A stretch of DNA of 64,000 nucleotides from Ptychomitrium polyphyllum. Its lineage: Eukaryota. The position numbers were made by a program, and so were the translations under genes. The stretch's first letter is position 1. Each line of letters starts with the position of its first letter. The stretch spans positions 17,980,001 through 18,044,000 of the forward strand of contig OZ316775.1 of assembly GCA_973851085.1 (NCBI GenBank). The letters are read 5' to 3'. This document shows, piece by piece, positions 1 to 11,460 of the stretch. Under the pieces are notes generated by a model. It had not been told where the DNA came from. It saw only the letters and a list, made by a program, of their open reading frames with translations, and ran no database searches.

Positions 1-938
1 GTCGCCCTTCAAATTTCAGTCTTGATTCAGATGCTCTCGCTCTAGTCATCTTGTTAGAAATTGGAAGAGTTACTCCTGGAGGATCCAAAATCTTGTTTGG
101 AGGATGTTTTGAAGAACTTAATCAAGATTAGATCTTGGGATGGGACATTTCAACAACAGAAGTCTTGGCTGGTGGCTATCGGCGCTTTTTGCAAGGACCA
201 GTTGAACTAGTGAACAAAGAATAACGAGCAGAGTATGTTGCTTCACTCTTTTGATAAATTTTGGAATTTGTAGAAATGTGATAAGCAAGTCAAGAAAAGA
301 GCTCTTCATGGGACTCGTTGCTAAATGGGGAGGTGATGTCACGGACATAGATCATGCAACATAGTCCTTAGAACATTCTAGAATCTTCTAGTATACTATA
401 ATAGCTTCTTAGAATACTTTTAGATGTCTCCATAGACTTTCCATGTTCTTAGGAAAGTTTTTCCACCTTATGAAACTTCCTAGGAAGGTTCGATCATCTT
501 AGATAACTTCTTAGGAAACTTCCTAGGATGGTTCCATATTCTTAGGAAACCTCCTAGGCAGGTTCTACTTCTTTAAAAAACTTCCTAGGAAGGTTCAGCT
601 ACTTTAGGAAGCTTTCAAGGAAAGTTCCAACTCCTTGGAAGACTCTTAGGAAGCTTACAACATCTTAAGAAACTTCTTGGGAAGGTTCCCTAGACTTCCA
701 GAATATTCTTAAGCCTTGTAGGAAGCTTCTTTAGAAGTATCCTAGGAGATACAAACATAATGGTATAAATAGGAGGCCAGACAAGGTATTCCTTAGTCTT
801 GCCAACACAAGTTGTGGATCATCTTGAATTCCGTCTTGTTGTAGTCTTTGTATCAACTTCTTATTAATTATTAACTCTTTGGAAGCTAATTCTTGGGAAA
901 CACTTCGTTTCTGCTTCTTGTTTCTTGTATCCCTAACA
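1..938 (+). mobile_element. 3' end of a Ty3/gypsy chromovirus, family A (Tcn1/Tf1-like), truncated by the window edge
   Basis: 1-336 is the reverse complement of 48987-~49322, the post-pol region of the element at 48477-53518. Polypurine tract AAATGGGGAGGTGA at 323-336 is followed directly by an LTR TGTCACGG...CCCTAACA. Confidence 0.93.
337..938 (+). repeat. Family-A 3' LTR (602 bp)
   Basis: TG...CA termini, TATAAAT at 764-770, and an internal array of ~31-33-bp CTTAGGAAACTTCCTAGGAAGGTTC-type units. Homologous to 3173-3619, 48477-48986 and 52958-53518. Confidence 0.93.
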
Positions 939-1566
939 TCCAGCGGCTAAGTCCCAAGGGAGATCGGGTGGTCTTCCAAAAGTTTTGGTGTGTTGGGGTT
1001 CAGTCAGCTACAAAGGACCAGAGGGCCTGCCGAATCCCACAGAGAATACTATAGAGGAGGGCTGGTTCCCTTCCTCACCCCTCTAGTGTCTCGGTAGGAA
1101 CCAAAGGTGAGTCCCGGTTGGTGGAGCTAGTGTTGGGGCTTCACTACGGGGACTCCTACACCATTGTGAGCTTGTAGATGACCGGTTTTACGAAGAGAAT
1201 TAGTGAGATAGAAAGGGCACGCTTATTACCACTAAGTTGGGGTTGTATCTTCACGCCAACACCATGATGGCTCGGAATGATCTTATGATCACATGAGGAT
1301 CATGAGTGGTGGTGAGGAGACACTATTAAGTGCGGTTAGGCTATGTGGAATGGAAATAACATCAAGTGAGGCCTTAGACATGAATGGAAGTCCGCACCTA
1401 ATCATTGGTTACTAATCAATTGGGTATCCTAAGAGAAATGGTAGAGGTAATTGGAAACCAAGATTAAGATTTGGAGAGTGAAAATGGGGGTTAACCATGT
1501 GCATGTGGGGGTGTACAGGATTGATGCGCGTGACGTTTGTTAAAGTACATTACAAAGGTTGCGACA
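939..1566 (+). repeat. Distal part of a family-B LTR, interrupted by the family-A insertion
   Basis: Reverse complement of 10316-~10923 (e.g. TCCAGCGGCTAAGTCCCAAGGGAGATCGGGTGGTCTTCCAAAA), ending ...GTTGCGACA at 1566. Not followed by a PBS, so it is a 3' or solo LTR. Confidence 0.9.
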
Positions 1567-3172
1567 TTATAGTTTATTATTTTTTCTATTAAATACTATC
1601 TTATATGTATGTATAATTTCTAAGACATGTATTTTATGTGTTTATATAGATTAATCAAGAACAAGCAATAAAATGCCTAATTGTACTATTAACAAGTCCT
1701 TCCAAAAAACTTGATAGATACGGATTTTTTAAAGACTTAAACTTTCAACAAATTTAGATATAGCATATATTATACAACAATATGCAAGATTCTATTCTAT
1801 ATTATTTGTTGCTAGAAGTGTTTTGCCAATCAAAAAAGATCCTATATTATTAGAGGTGAAGGCAAGATTTGAAGTTTATTTATATTTTGCATAAATGAAA
1901 GGAAATTACATTTTTTACACACTGGTTTGTATGTGTGATGATTATAATAAATGGTTAATACAATATATAAAAGCATGCAATAAGAAAAAAAGTGCAATCT
2001 TCCAAATTTTGTAGCTCCATCCATTTAGGGCATTGAAAGATGCCAATATTCAATTATGTACATAGAATTCTATGCAGGGTAGACAACAACAATGGTATAT
2101 TGAAGATTTGGAATCTAAAACAAAAACAAATGAAGAAATGCTATATTGTATTGAATGCAATGAGGTTGATGTTGAAAGAAGATTAACTAAGGCAATATAC
2201 ATTTGAAGCTCTCAAAGAAGTAGTATCATAGAAGAATTTAAAATTTCTATAGATCACATGAAGGAATTGTGCCAAAATACAAGAACAAAGTTTGTAAACA
2301 AGTAGAAGGGCCCTATTGCAAAAAATCATAAAAAAAAAAGAGCACGTGTACCTCATTTTTGAACCCATTATACAATTTATGTAGTATATAGTGAAGAAAA
2401 TACAATCGCCGGCTTTTGATACATAGTAGTGGAACATTGAACAAGATGTAAAATGATTCATTTATTCAAATGGAATAGTGTCGGATGAACATTGCATATG
2501 GCTAATTGATTGCAAAATAGCATGTGTAAAAAGAAGTGTAGTTGTGGAAGCAAATGTATTGAAGATTTTGCAACAAATTATGAGATAGATGTCTAAAGTG
2601 ATTTGCTAGAATGCAATAATTAAGTTATTTTGTGATGAAAATACGCTTTCTTTGAAAAAAGCAATGAAGAGTATTGATCAATATGTAGACATTGTTTTGC
2701 AAGGAAAAACTTACACATTTAACCGTCAATCTTTTCATTCCCAAAAGTATATTGTACAATATGGTATACATAAAATATTTAGAAGAGATTGTAGTGGTTT
2801 ATTATATTTGATGAAGTATCCTTAAGACTTGGATTGGCGTCCTAATGCAGCTTTTGAAAGCGGTGGAGAATGGCTTGGAGTATGGCATGAGCCTATTGAA
2901 ACATAGCCACAATTTAATTTTAATTCTTAGGACTAATATCTCAAAATTGTAATGAACATATTGGAATACTCAATAATACTTGATTGGATGGTAGTTCTTC
3001 TTGGATTGATGCATATGCTATCTAATATGATTTACAAAAGAACTTGTTAAGTAATGAGTTTTGAAAGAAGAGAGGACATATATTCAAAATTGCAGGGGTT
3101 GATGGAATTGAAGATAGCATGTGCTCAAAGTTATAAGAAGAAGAATTAAGTAATTGCAAGAAATCCATAAAA

Positions 3173-3619
3173 TATTAGAAATACAAGAAACAAGAAGCAG
3201 AAATGAAGTGTTCTTTAAGAATTAACTTCTAAAGAGCTAATGATTAACAAAAACTGGTACAAAGACTAGAATAAGGACACAATAATATATGATCTACAAC
3301 TTGTATTGGCAAGTCTAAGATATACTTTGTCTTGCCTCCTATTTATATTATGACGCTTGTTTCTCCTTGGATACTTCTAAAGAAGCTTCTTCTAAAGCTT
3401 AAGAATGTTTTAGAAATCTATAGAACATTCTTAAGAAATTTTTTAAGGCAGTAGAACCTGCCTAAAAAATCTCCTTAGGAAGTTGGACCTTCTTAGGAAC
3501 TTTTCTAAGGAGGTAGAACGGCTATGGAAGTATTGAAAGTATTCTAAGAAGCTACTATAGTATATCAAAAGGTTCTAAAAGGATCTAAAGACTATGTTGC
3601 ATGATCTATGTCCATAACA
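3173..3619 (-). repeat. Degenerate family-A solo LTR (~447 bp)
   Basis: Colinear with 48477-48986 from TATTAGAAATACAAGAAACAAGAAGCAG to ATGATCTATGTCCATAACA. Many G>A/C>T changes, no adjacent PBS/PPT, no recognisable TSD. Confidence 0.87.
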
Positions 3620-3824
3620 AGTGTACCAATATGTGAGTACTAAAGCAATGATAACATTAAAGAAAAAGTGGAGGAACATATGAATCTCATTGGCAATCAC
3701 AGCAAAATAAAAACTGTATGTTATATGGGGAAATCTAATTCCATAATAAATAATTTGAAATATGAAATAAATGGTGATTATAATGTGGATTATCTATCTC
3801 AATATTAGATTTAAGAAGAGCCAT

Positions 3825-4848
3825 TGTAGCTACCCTTGTAATGCACCTTAGCAAGCGTCACACGCGTCAACCCTATACACCCCCACATGCACATGGTTAA
3901 CTCCCATTTTCACTTTTCAAGTCTTTCTACCATTTCTCTTGGAACACCCAATTGATTGATAGCCAATGGTTAGGTGCGGACTTCCATTCATGTCCAAGGC
4001 CTCACTTGGTATCACTCCCATTCCACACAACCTAACTGCACTTAGTGGTGTCTCCTCACCACCACTCATGATCTCCATGCGATCCTAAGATCACCCCGGG
4101 CCATCATGGTGCCGGCGTGAAGACACCACCCCAACTTAGTGGTAACAAGCGTACCCTTTTAAACGTGCTAGTTCCCTCCGTGAAACCGGCTACCTTCCGG
4201 CTCATAATGGTGTGGGAGTCCTCGTGGTGAAGTTCCAACACTAGCTCCCCCAACCGGGACTCACCCTTGGTCTCTACCGGGACACTAGGGAAGTGGGGAG
4301 GGGGACCAGCCTTCCTTTATAGTACTCTCTGTGGGATTTGGCAGGCCTCCTAGCCCTTTGTAGCTGGCTGAACTCCGACACACCTAAAGTTTTGGAAGAC
4401 CACCCGATCTCCCTTGGGACTTAGCCGCTGGAAGCCTCCGGGACTCCCAGCGGACCTTCAGGGAGCCATATCTTCCTCATCCGGTACTCGAATGTATCAA
4501 GCAACCACTTTATCGTCATGTACTCTTTGCGTACATGCCGATAGACTCCTCAAACGTCCAATTTGAGTTAGTATTGTGAGAGATACGCCTCTCCCAAGGT
4601 TCGGGACTCCCGGGGAGTCCCTCCTTGGACTGTCTTACTCCAGTACAGTCATTGTGTAGGGCTACCACAGTCCGAAACAGCCCCTTGGCAACTCCAACTT
4701 TGGGATGCCATAACTTTTAGTTCCCTTGTTTGATTTGAGTAATCTTTAGCATTCTAGAATTAGCTCTTTGTAATTCCTCCAATGCCTATGATTTGTTTTC
4801 TTTGTGCCCTTAGTGTTGCGAGTACTCCTCCAGGAGAGGTGCGCGACA
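3825..4848 (-). repeat. Family-B 3' LTR (1024 bp)
   Basis: Direct repeat of 10316-11460, TGTAGC...GCGCGACA, abutting the PPT. Confidence 0.95.
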
Positions 4849-4862
4849 CTCACCTCCGCCCT
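4849..4862 (-). other. Polypurine tract of the family-B element
   Basis: AGGGCGGAGGTGAG on the minus strand immediately before the 3' LTR. Confidence 0.85.
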
Positions 4863-5637
4863 AATGGAGACGATGCCCTCATCAACTATACTTGTAGTCG
4901 GCACACTAATTCCAAGGTTGCCATCTTCTAGTTGTGCAGCATTGTGTTTCATACAGGGTGCAACCTCCACAATGCACTCATAAGTTCTTGGCAAAGTTTC
5001 ACAGGTATCGTTTAGGAGGTGGTCTGTTTAGGCACCCTAGACAAAATTCCTAGGGCCCTAAACTACTCTAGACCTACCTACTTTGAGACTCTCTTGGGAT
5101 AAACTTCCTAGTTAGGCTACACTCCACTAACTCTACCTTCCTGACTAGGATGGACCTCAATGCTCCACCAAGTTGTCTTGGTTGCAAACCCAAAGTGGCT
5201 TTTATTCCACAACTCGATCGCACGGGGGTAATGCCAAGTTCCGCCTTACTTGGATCCCACTATTTCTATTGAGACATGGATTCATGACTCCCATGCATTA
5301 ACTTTTGTTAGTTTGTAGGAGCGACGCTTTTATGAGTACGCGCCATTACCTTGTCCTCGCCCGGACAAGCCTGAGACTAAGAGGTTTCATGGTTTTAATC
5401 ATTCTTCCTCCCAGCCTTGGTCCCCATTACTCGGCCTTCCCAACTTGGTTTCACATGTCTATTCCCCCTCTTCTACCAACTTAGCACAAGCACAAGACTA
5501 GGACGTCATCTTATACTCTTCTCTTTGCACACAAAAAAGTTGAACTTTATTGCCATAAGTCAAAGAACCAATACATGATGTGAAGAAGTTACTGCTACAA
5601 GCCTTTCTCCCCCTACTAAAAGATATTGATGTCCTCA

Positions 5638-8600
5638 TCAATGCCAACGTTGTCTTTTGTTGGAGTTCCTATTCCTTTCAAAGCGTTCCACCACTTCATT
5701 GGCATTTCCCAAGTCCTTGGCTGCTACCCAAGTTGCTTCTTTTTCATGGTACCCTCTCCACTTCACCAAATACTCTTTTCCTACTTTCTTGTGGTACCTA
5801 CACTTGAGAATTCCTTCTACTTCGTATTCCAAGTGGTCGCCCACAAATTCCAGCGGTGGCCAAATCACTTGTTTGCGATTGGGCCACAAGGTATCTTTTT
5901 TGAATGGCTTAAGGAGTGAGACATGAAATGTTGGGTGCACTTTGATTTCGGGTGGTAGCTCCAACTTGTACACATCTTTAAACATCCGCTCCACAATGGA
6001 AAACGGCCCCGCAAACTTGGACATGATCTTTGGAGTGAGGCCTTCGGGCAAGCTAAAGTTCTTCACATTCAACAATCCCTTTTGGCCTAGTTCATACTCC
6101 ACTTCACGAAATCGGCATTGACTTGTTTCTCGTACCGCTTTTGTGCATTTTCCAACAAAAGCTTGGTCTTTTCCAACATTTGTTCCCGCTTTTTCGCCAA
6201 GTCCTCACCATCTTAGTTATACTCTAGTGTTGAATGTGCACCTTTGAGAGCTAAGTCGGCAAGCTGGAGTGGCTCTACTCCAGCGGCCACCTTAAATGGC
6301 AACTACTTTGTCGCCAAATGGTTGGCCCATTGTAACTGAACTCCGCTAAGCTCACTTAATGTGCCCAATCACATTGGTCCGCACTCACAAAGTTCCTCAA
6401 GTATTGGTTCAAGACTCCATTCACTCGTTCCGTTTGCCCATCCGTTTGAGGATGGAAGGCAGTGCTAAACATCAATTTGGTTCCAACTTTCCTAAAGAAA
6501 TGTTTCCAAAAAGCACTAGTGAATTTTGGATCTCGATCCGACACAATCACTCTCAGCCATCTGTGATGTTTCCACCATGCATCGAGGAATAGCTTTGCAG
6601 TCTCATGTGCAGTTACGGTTCCTCTAGTTGGCACCATGTGCGCCAACTTGCTAAAGCGATCCACCATCACAAAGATGGGGTCATGCCCTTGCAACTCAGG
6701 AAGACTTGTGATGAAGTCCATGGATACGCTATGCCATGGACTCGGCAAAATTGGCAAAGGTTGTAGTAGACCGGCTTGCTTTTGGTAAGAGGCTCTATTA
6801 AGTTGGCACTCCACACAAGTTTTCACAAAGTCGGTGATGTCCGCTTTCATGCCCTTCCAATAGTACCTTCTTGACACTGCAGTTATTGTCGTTTTTTTCC
6901 ATCTATGGCCGGCTATGGAACTATCATGTTCTTCTTCCAAAACCAACAACCGTAGTTTTCCTTGAGGCACATACACCCAACTTTTTTTGTACTTGAATAA
7001 TCCCTTCTCCAACTTAATTTCCTTAAGTTTCTTACCCTTCTTAAGCTCACCAAGAAGCCTTTGTGCTTCGGAGTCCTTCATGTACCCCTTGCTTATCTTC
7101 CTTTCTAAATTGCCTTCTCCCTTGTACATTACTCGTAGGACTTGGGTTGTACCCATCGCTTGCAACTCCTCCCGCCTACTTAGAGCATCCGGCACTACAT
7201 TGTCACGCCCTGGCTTGTGAATCAAATCCACATTCATGAGTGCCAAGGTGTCGTGCCACCTCAATTGTTTTACACTCATTTGTGCTTGCGACTCAAAGTA
7301 CTTCAAGGACACGTTGTCCGTGTAGACTTTGGTTTTATGTAGGCCCAATTAATGCCGCCATGTTTTCAAACAATGTACTACGGCAAAGAGTTCTTTCTCG
7401 TGCATTGGCCACCTCTTTTGGCACCCATCCAACTTCTTGCTCTCATAGGCAATTGGCATGCCTTCTTGTATGAGCACTCCGCCAATGGCAAAGTCACTTG
7501 CATCCGTGTGGACCTCAAAGGGCTTTTCAAACTCGGGAAACTTCAATAGCGGCGGTTGTGACAACTTATCCTTGAGTTCTTGAAAAGCTTGGTGACAAAA
7601 TCCATCCCATACTTGGCTAGCTCCTTTCTTCAATAAGTCGGACAAAGGTCTAGCAATTTTGGAGAAGTTGCGTATGAACCTCCTATAATAATTTGCTAGG
7701 CCAAGAAATGATCTGAACCCCTTTTGTGTAGAAGGTTGTTTCCACTCTCTAATTGCCTTTATCTTCCTTATGTCCGGCTTGATTCCATCATCCGTCACTA
7801 TATGGTCCAAGAACTCAATCTCAAGTTGAGAAAACTCACTCTTTTCTCCGTAGGCATAAAGTTTGTGGTCCCTAAGTTTTTGAAGCACTACTTTGAGGTG
7901 CCTTGCATGTTTTTTTGTTGACTTGGAGTATATCAAGATGTCATCAATATAAACAATGACAAAGTCATCCATCTCTTTTTGGAAGATGGTATTCATGAGG
8001 GTCGTGAACGTTGAAGGAGCATTACACAACCCGAATGGCATCACCAAAAATTCATAGGACCCATACCTAGTGCGGCATGCGGGCTTTGGCATATCTTCAT
8101 CCGCAATGCGGATTTGATAGTAGCCCGACTTCAAGTCTATTTGACTAAAGTATTTAGCTTCCGCCAATCTATCAAAGAAGTCATCAATCCAAGGCAAAGG
8201 ATAAATGTTCTTGATGGTGGCATTATTCAAGGCTCTATAGTCAACACACATGCGGAGCTTGCCAATTTTTTTGTCTACGAAGAGGACGGGTGCTCCATAT
8301 GGTGACTTACGTAGCCTAACATAGCCTCTTTCCAACAAGTCATTCAATTGCTTCTTCAACTCCTCTAGCTCTTTTTGGTTCAACCGGTATGAAGCCTTCA
8401 AAAGGGGCTCCATTTCCGGTATCACTTCAATTTTGTGATCCACTTCTCTTCTTGGCAGTAACTCTCAAAGCAGCTCATTAGTGAGTACATCCTTGTAACC
8501 ACTTAGTACATTTTGAATGCACTTGGGAATAGTCCTAACCTCCTTGGCACTTGGCCTATTCCCCTCTTCTTGCTCCATTCGCATCACAACCACAAATTGA

Positions 8601-10284
8601 TTATTCTCTAATTGTTCTAAAGAGACTAAGTTCAATTTTCCTCCCGCAACCATAGGAGTCCTAATCAACTTCAATATTGTCTCCTTTCCACCACGGCACA
8701 CTACTAACCGTGCTGGCCTTTGCTTCACATCTACCACATGAGTTTTAAAAAAGGTATCACCTAAAATGAGGTCTACCTCATCCATCTCACATAATATAAA
8801 ACTTTCCTTCAACTTCAGTGTTCCACTACTTAAGGCCACATCCAACACCACCTCCTTTGTCTCGTACGGTTTGCCTTTTGCAATCGCACATTGATGGGCT
8901 TGCTAGTTTTTTGAGCCGGCAAGCCCAACTCTCTTGCTAACTTGGGACTCATGAAGGAGTGCGTTGCCCCTGTGTCAATCAAACATGAGACATTTTTGCC
9001 ATTTATTTGAGCCTCAAGGTATAAGAGACTCAACCTTGGCTTAAGGCTACTAGCCTTGGCCACAAATCCACCTTCTAAAATGTGATCCACAACACAAGTG
9101 TGACAAGCTTCGGTACTCACCTTTTTATTGTGGCACTCTGCAATGAAGTGATCAATCTTGCCTCATCTGTGGCAACACTTGTACTTCACCTCAGCACTCT
9201 TATCTCCTGATTTGAATGGTTTTCTCTCATGATGGTCCACTTTATTGTAGGCCCTTCCATCTACTTGTCCCTTGTGTTTGTTTCCAAAGCCAAATTTCTT
9301 GCGTTCTCCGCGCCGAGATACATTTCAGCTCCATGTACTTTGTTGAGAGGGACCAGTTGATTTTCTTTCGGGTCTGTTGGCTTCAATTCTTTATGCAATC
9401 TTAATAACTTTTGCGGCGTCCTCCGGAAGCTTTGGAAATTTGAACAAGGCATCCACCACCCACTTTTGAAGCCCACCCAAAAAGATGCATTTCTTTGAAA
9501 ACTCATCCATTTTGAATGTGGCATTCATTTGGGCGTTGAAATCTCACACATAAGTCTTGAGCAATCCGGTGTGCCTCATTTGCACCAGGTTCAAATCCTC
9601 CCTCAACTCTTGGTATTCCGGAGCGAAGCGTTCACTCAAAATCTCCTTAAAACCGACCCAAGACAAAGTTGCCACCAATTCCGGCTCTTGCTCCTTTTCA
9701 CTTGTCCACCATTGAAGAGCATGGTCCTTTAGAAATGTCACCGCAATTGAAACCTTGTCCACCTCGTCCGGCTTTTGAACATCATAATAATTGTCCATTT
9801 TGAAAAAAAACTCCTTCACCTTCCTCGCTTTACCTAGCCCAGAAAAAGTGCTTGGCATGTTCACCTTGGCCAACTTCTTGGTTGAAGATGAGGACCTGGA
9901 ACCTTGTGCCATCAAGTGCTCAATCAACCTCTCTTGACGGGTCCTTTTTTCTTTGCCACGCTTGAGTTCTTCGTTTACACCATCCATGAACTCAAGCATT
10001 TTCATGCAAAAATTTAAGTCAGAGTCCTGAGTTTCTAGGCCCTCAGGTGGCTCAGGAATCCTAGCTCCTGAGTACTCTCCACCCTCCAATGCTTTGTCTT
10101 GTTGAGTTTCCTCAACTTCCTCAATGACTCCAATGTCATTCCCTTGCTCATTGGAATCAAAGGATGGAGCCTTATTAATCGGATCTGGGTCTTTGTTCAC
10201 CCTTGTGCATGGTTGTTTAGAGGCCCCAGGCTCACTGCCATCACTGGCCTTCTTCTTATCCATAGCCTCCTTGCAACGAAGCAC
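5638..10284 (-). pseudogene. Disrupted gag-pol polyprotein of the family-B element
   Basis: Gag (FLKDHALQWW), broken zinc knuckle near 9130-9180, protease LIDTGATHSF, RT ([15 protein letters not shown]), RNase H ([11 protein letters not shown]), integrase (HH-CC, SMDF, VSDRDPKF, QTDGQTE), chromodomain (YEVEGIL...YLVKWRGY). Stops at 9544, 8465, 7349 and 6356, and frameshifts near 8880 and 6110-6350. Confidence 0.96.
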
Positions 10285-10301
10285 TTAGATACTCAAAGCC
10301 T

Positions 10302-10313
10302 GCTCTGATACCA
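10302..10313 (-). other. Primer-binding site complementary to the 3' end of initiator tRNA-Met
   Basis: TGGTATCAGAGC on the minus strand, 2 nt inside the 5' LTR boundary. Confidence 0.93.
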
Positions 10314-10315
10314 AA

Positions 10316-11460
10316 TGTCGCAACTCTTGTAATGCACCTTAGCAGGCGTCACACGCGTCAACCCTATACACCCCCACATGCACATGGTTAACCCCCATTC
10401 TCACTTTTCAAGTCTTTCTACCATTTCTCTTAGAACATCCAATTGATTGATAGCCAATGGTTAGGTGCGGACTTCCATTCATGTCCAAGGCCTCACTTGG
10501 TATCACTCCCATTCCACACAACCTAACTGCACTTAGTGGTGTCTCCTCACCACCACTCATGATCTCCATGCGATCCTAAGATCACCCCGGGCCATCATGG
10601 TGCCGGCGTGAAGACACCACCCCAACTTAGTGGTAACAAGCGTACCCTTTTAAACGTGCTAGTTCCCTCCGTGAAACCGGCTACCTTCCGGCTCATAATG
10701 GTGTGGGAGTCCTCGTGGTGAAGTTCCAACACTAGCTCCCCCAACCGGGACTCACCCTTGGTCTCTACCAGGACACTAGGGGAGTGGGGAGGGGGACCAG
10801 CCTTCCCTTATAGTACTCTCTGTGGGATTTGGCAGGCCTCCTGGCCCTTTGTAGCTGGCTGAACTCCGACACACCTAAAGTTTTGGAAGACCACCCGATC
10901 TCCCTTGGGACTTAGCCGCTGGAAGCCTCCGGGACTCCCAGCGAACCTTCATGGAGCCATATCTTCCTCATCCGGTACTCGAATGTATCAAGCAACCACT
11001 TTATCGTCATGTACTCTTTGCGTACATGCCGATAGACTCCTCAAACGTCCAATTTGAGTTAGTATTGTGGGAGATACGCCTCTCCCAAGGTTCGGGACTC
11101 CCGGGGAGTCCCTCCTTGGACTGTCTTACTCCAGTACAGTCATTGTGTAGGGCTACCACAGTCCGAAACAGCCCCTTGGCAACTCCAACTTTGGGATGCC
11201 ATAACTTTTAGTTCCCTTGTCTGATTTGAGTAATCTTTAGCATTCGAGAATCAGCTCTTTGTGATTCCTCCAATGCCTACAATTTATTCCTTGTGGCCCT
11301 CGGTGTACATGGGCAAGGATGTTTCTCCCCCTAGGGGTCCTTCCCATGCTAGGCCCACTTGGTTCCCCTCATTATCGGCGCCACAAATCCCGGACGTCAC
11401 TCCGGGGTCCCCCTTGTGTCTTTAGTGTTGCGAGCACTCCTTAAAGAAAGGTACGCGAGA
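10316..11460 (-). repeat. Family-B 5' LTR (1145 bp)
   Basis: Direct repeat of 3825-4848 with a ~121-bp extra segment near 11295-11415. Outer terminus is mutated (...GCGAGA instead of ...GCGACA). Confidence 0.95.

Larger units (their letters stand above)
3825..11460 (-). mobile_element. Full-length but disabled Ty3/gypsy chromovirus, family B (7.6 kb)
   Basis: Two LTRs (3825-4848, 10316-11460), perfect 5-bp TSD GCCAT (3820-3824 and 11461-11465), PBS and PPT, and gag-PR-RT-RH-IN-chromodomain order. Confidence 0.97.

Noticed and set aside
7349..7351. In-frame TAA between RT/RNase H and integrase ORFs as possible programmed readthrough
   Set aside because: It lies within the RNase H domain (WRH*LG, normally Tyr), and the element has many other stops, so this is ordinary decay.
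10951..11211. 86-aa ORF inside the family-B 5' LTR
   Set aside because: Its ATG is AGG in the sister LTR (~4460), so it is not conserved.
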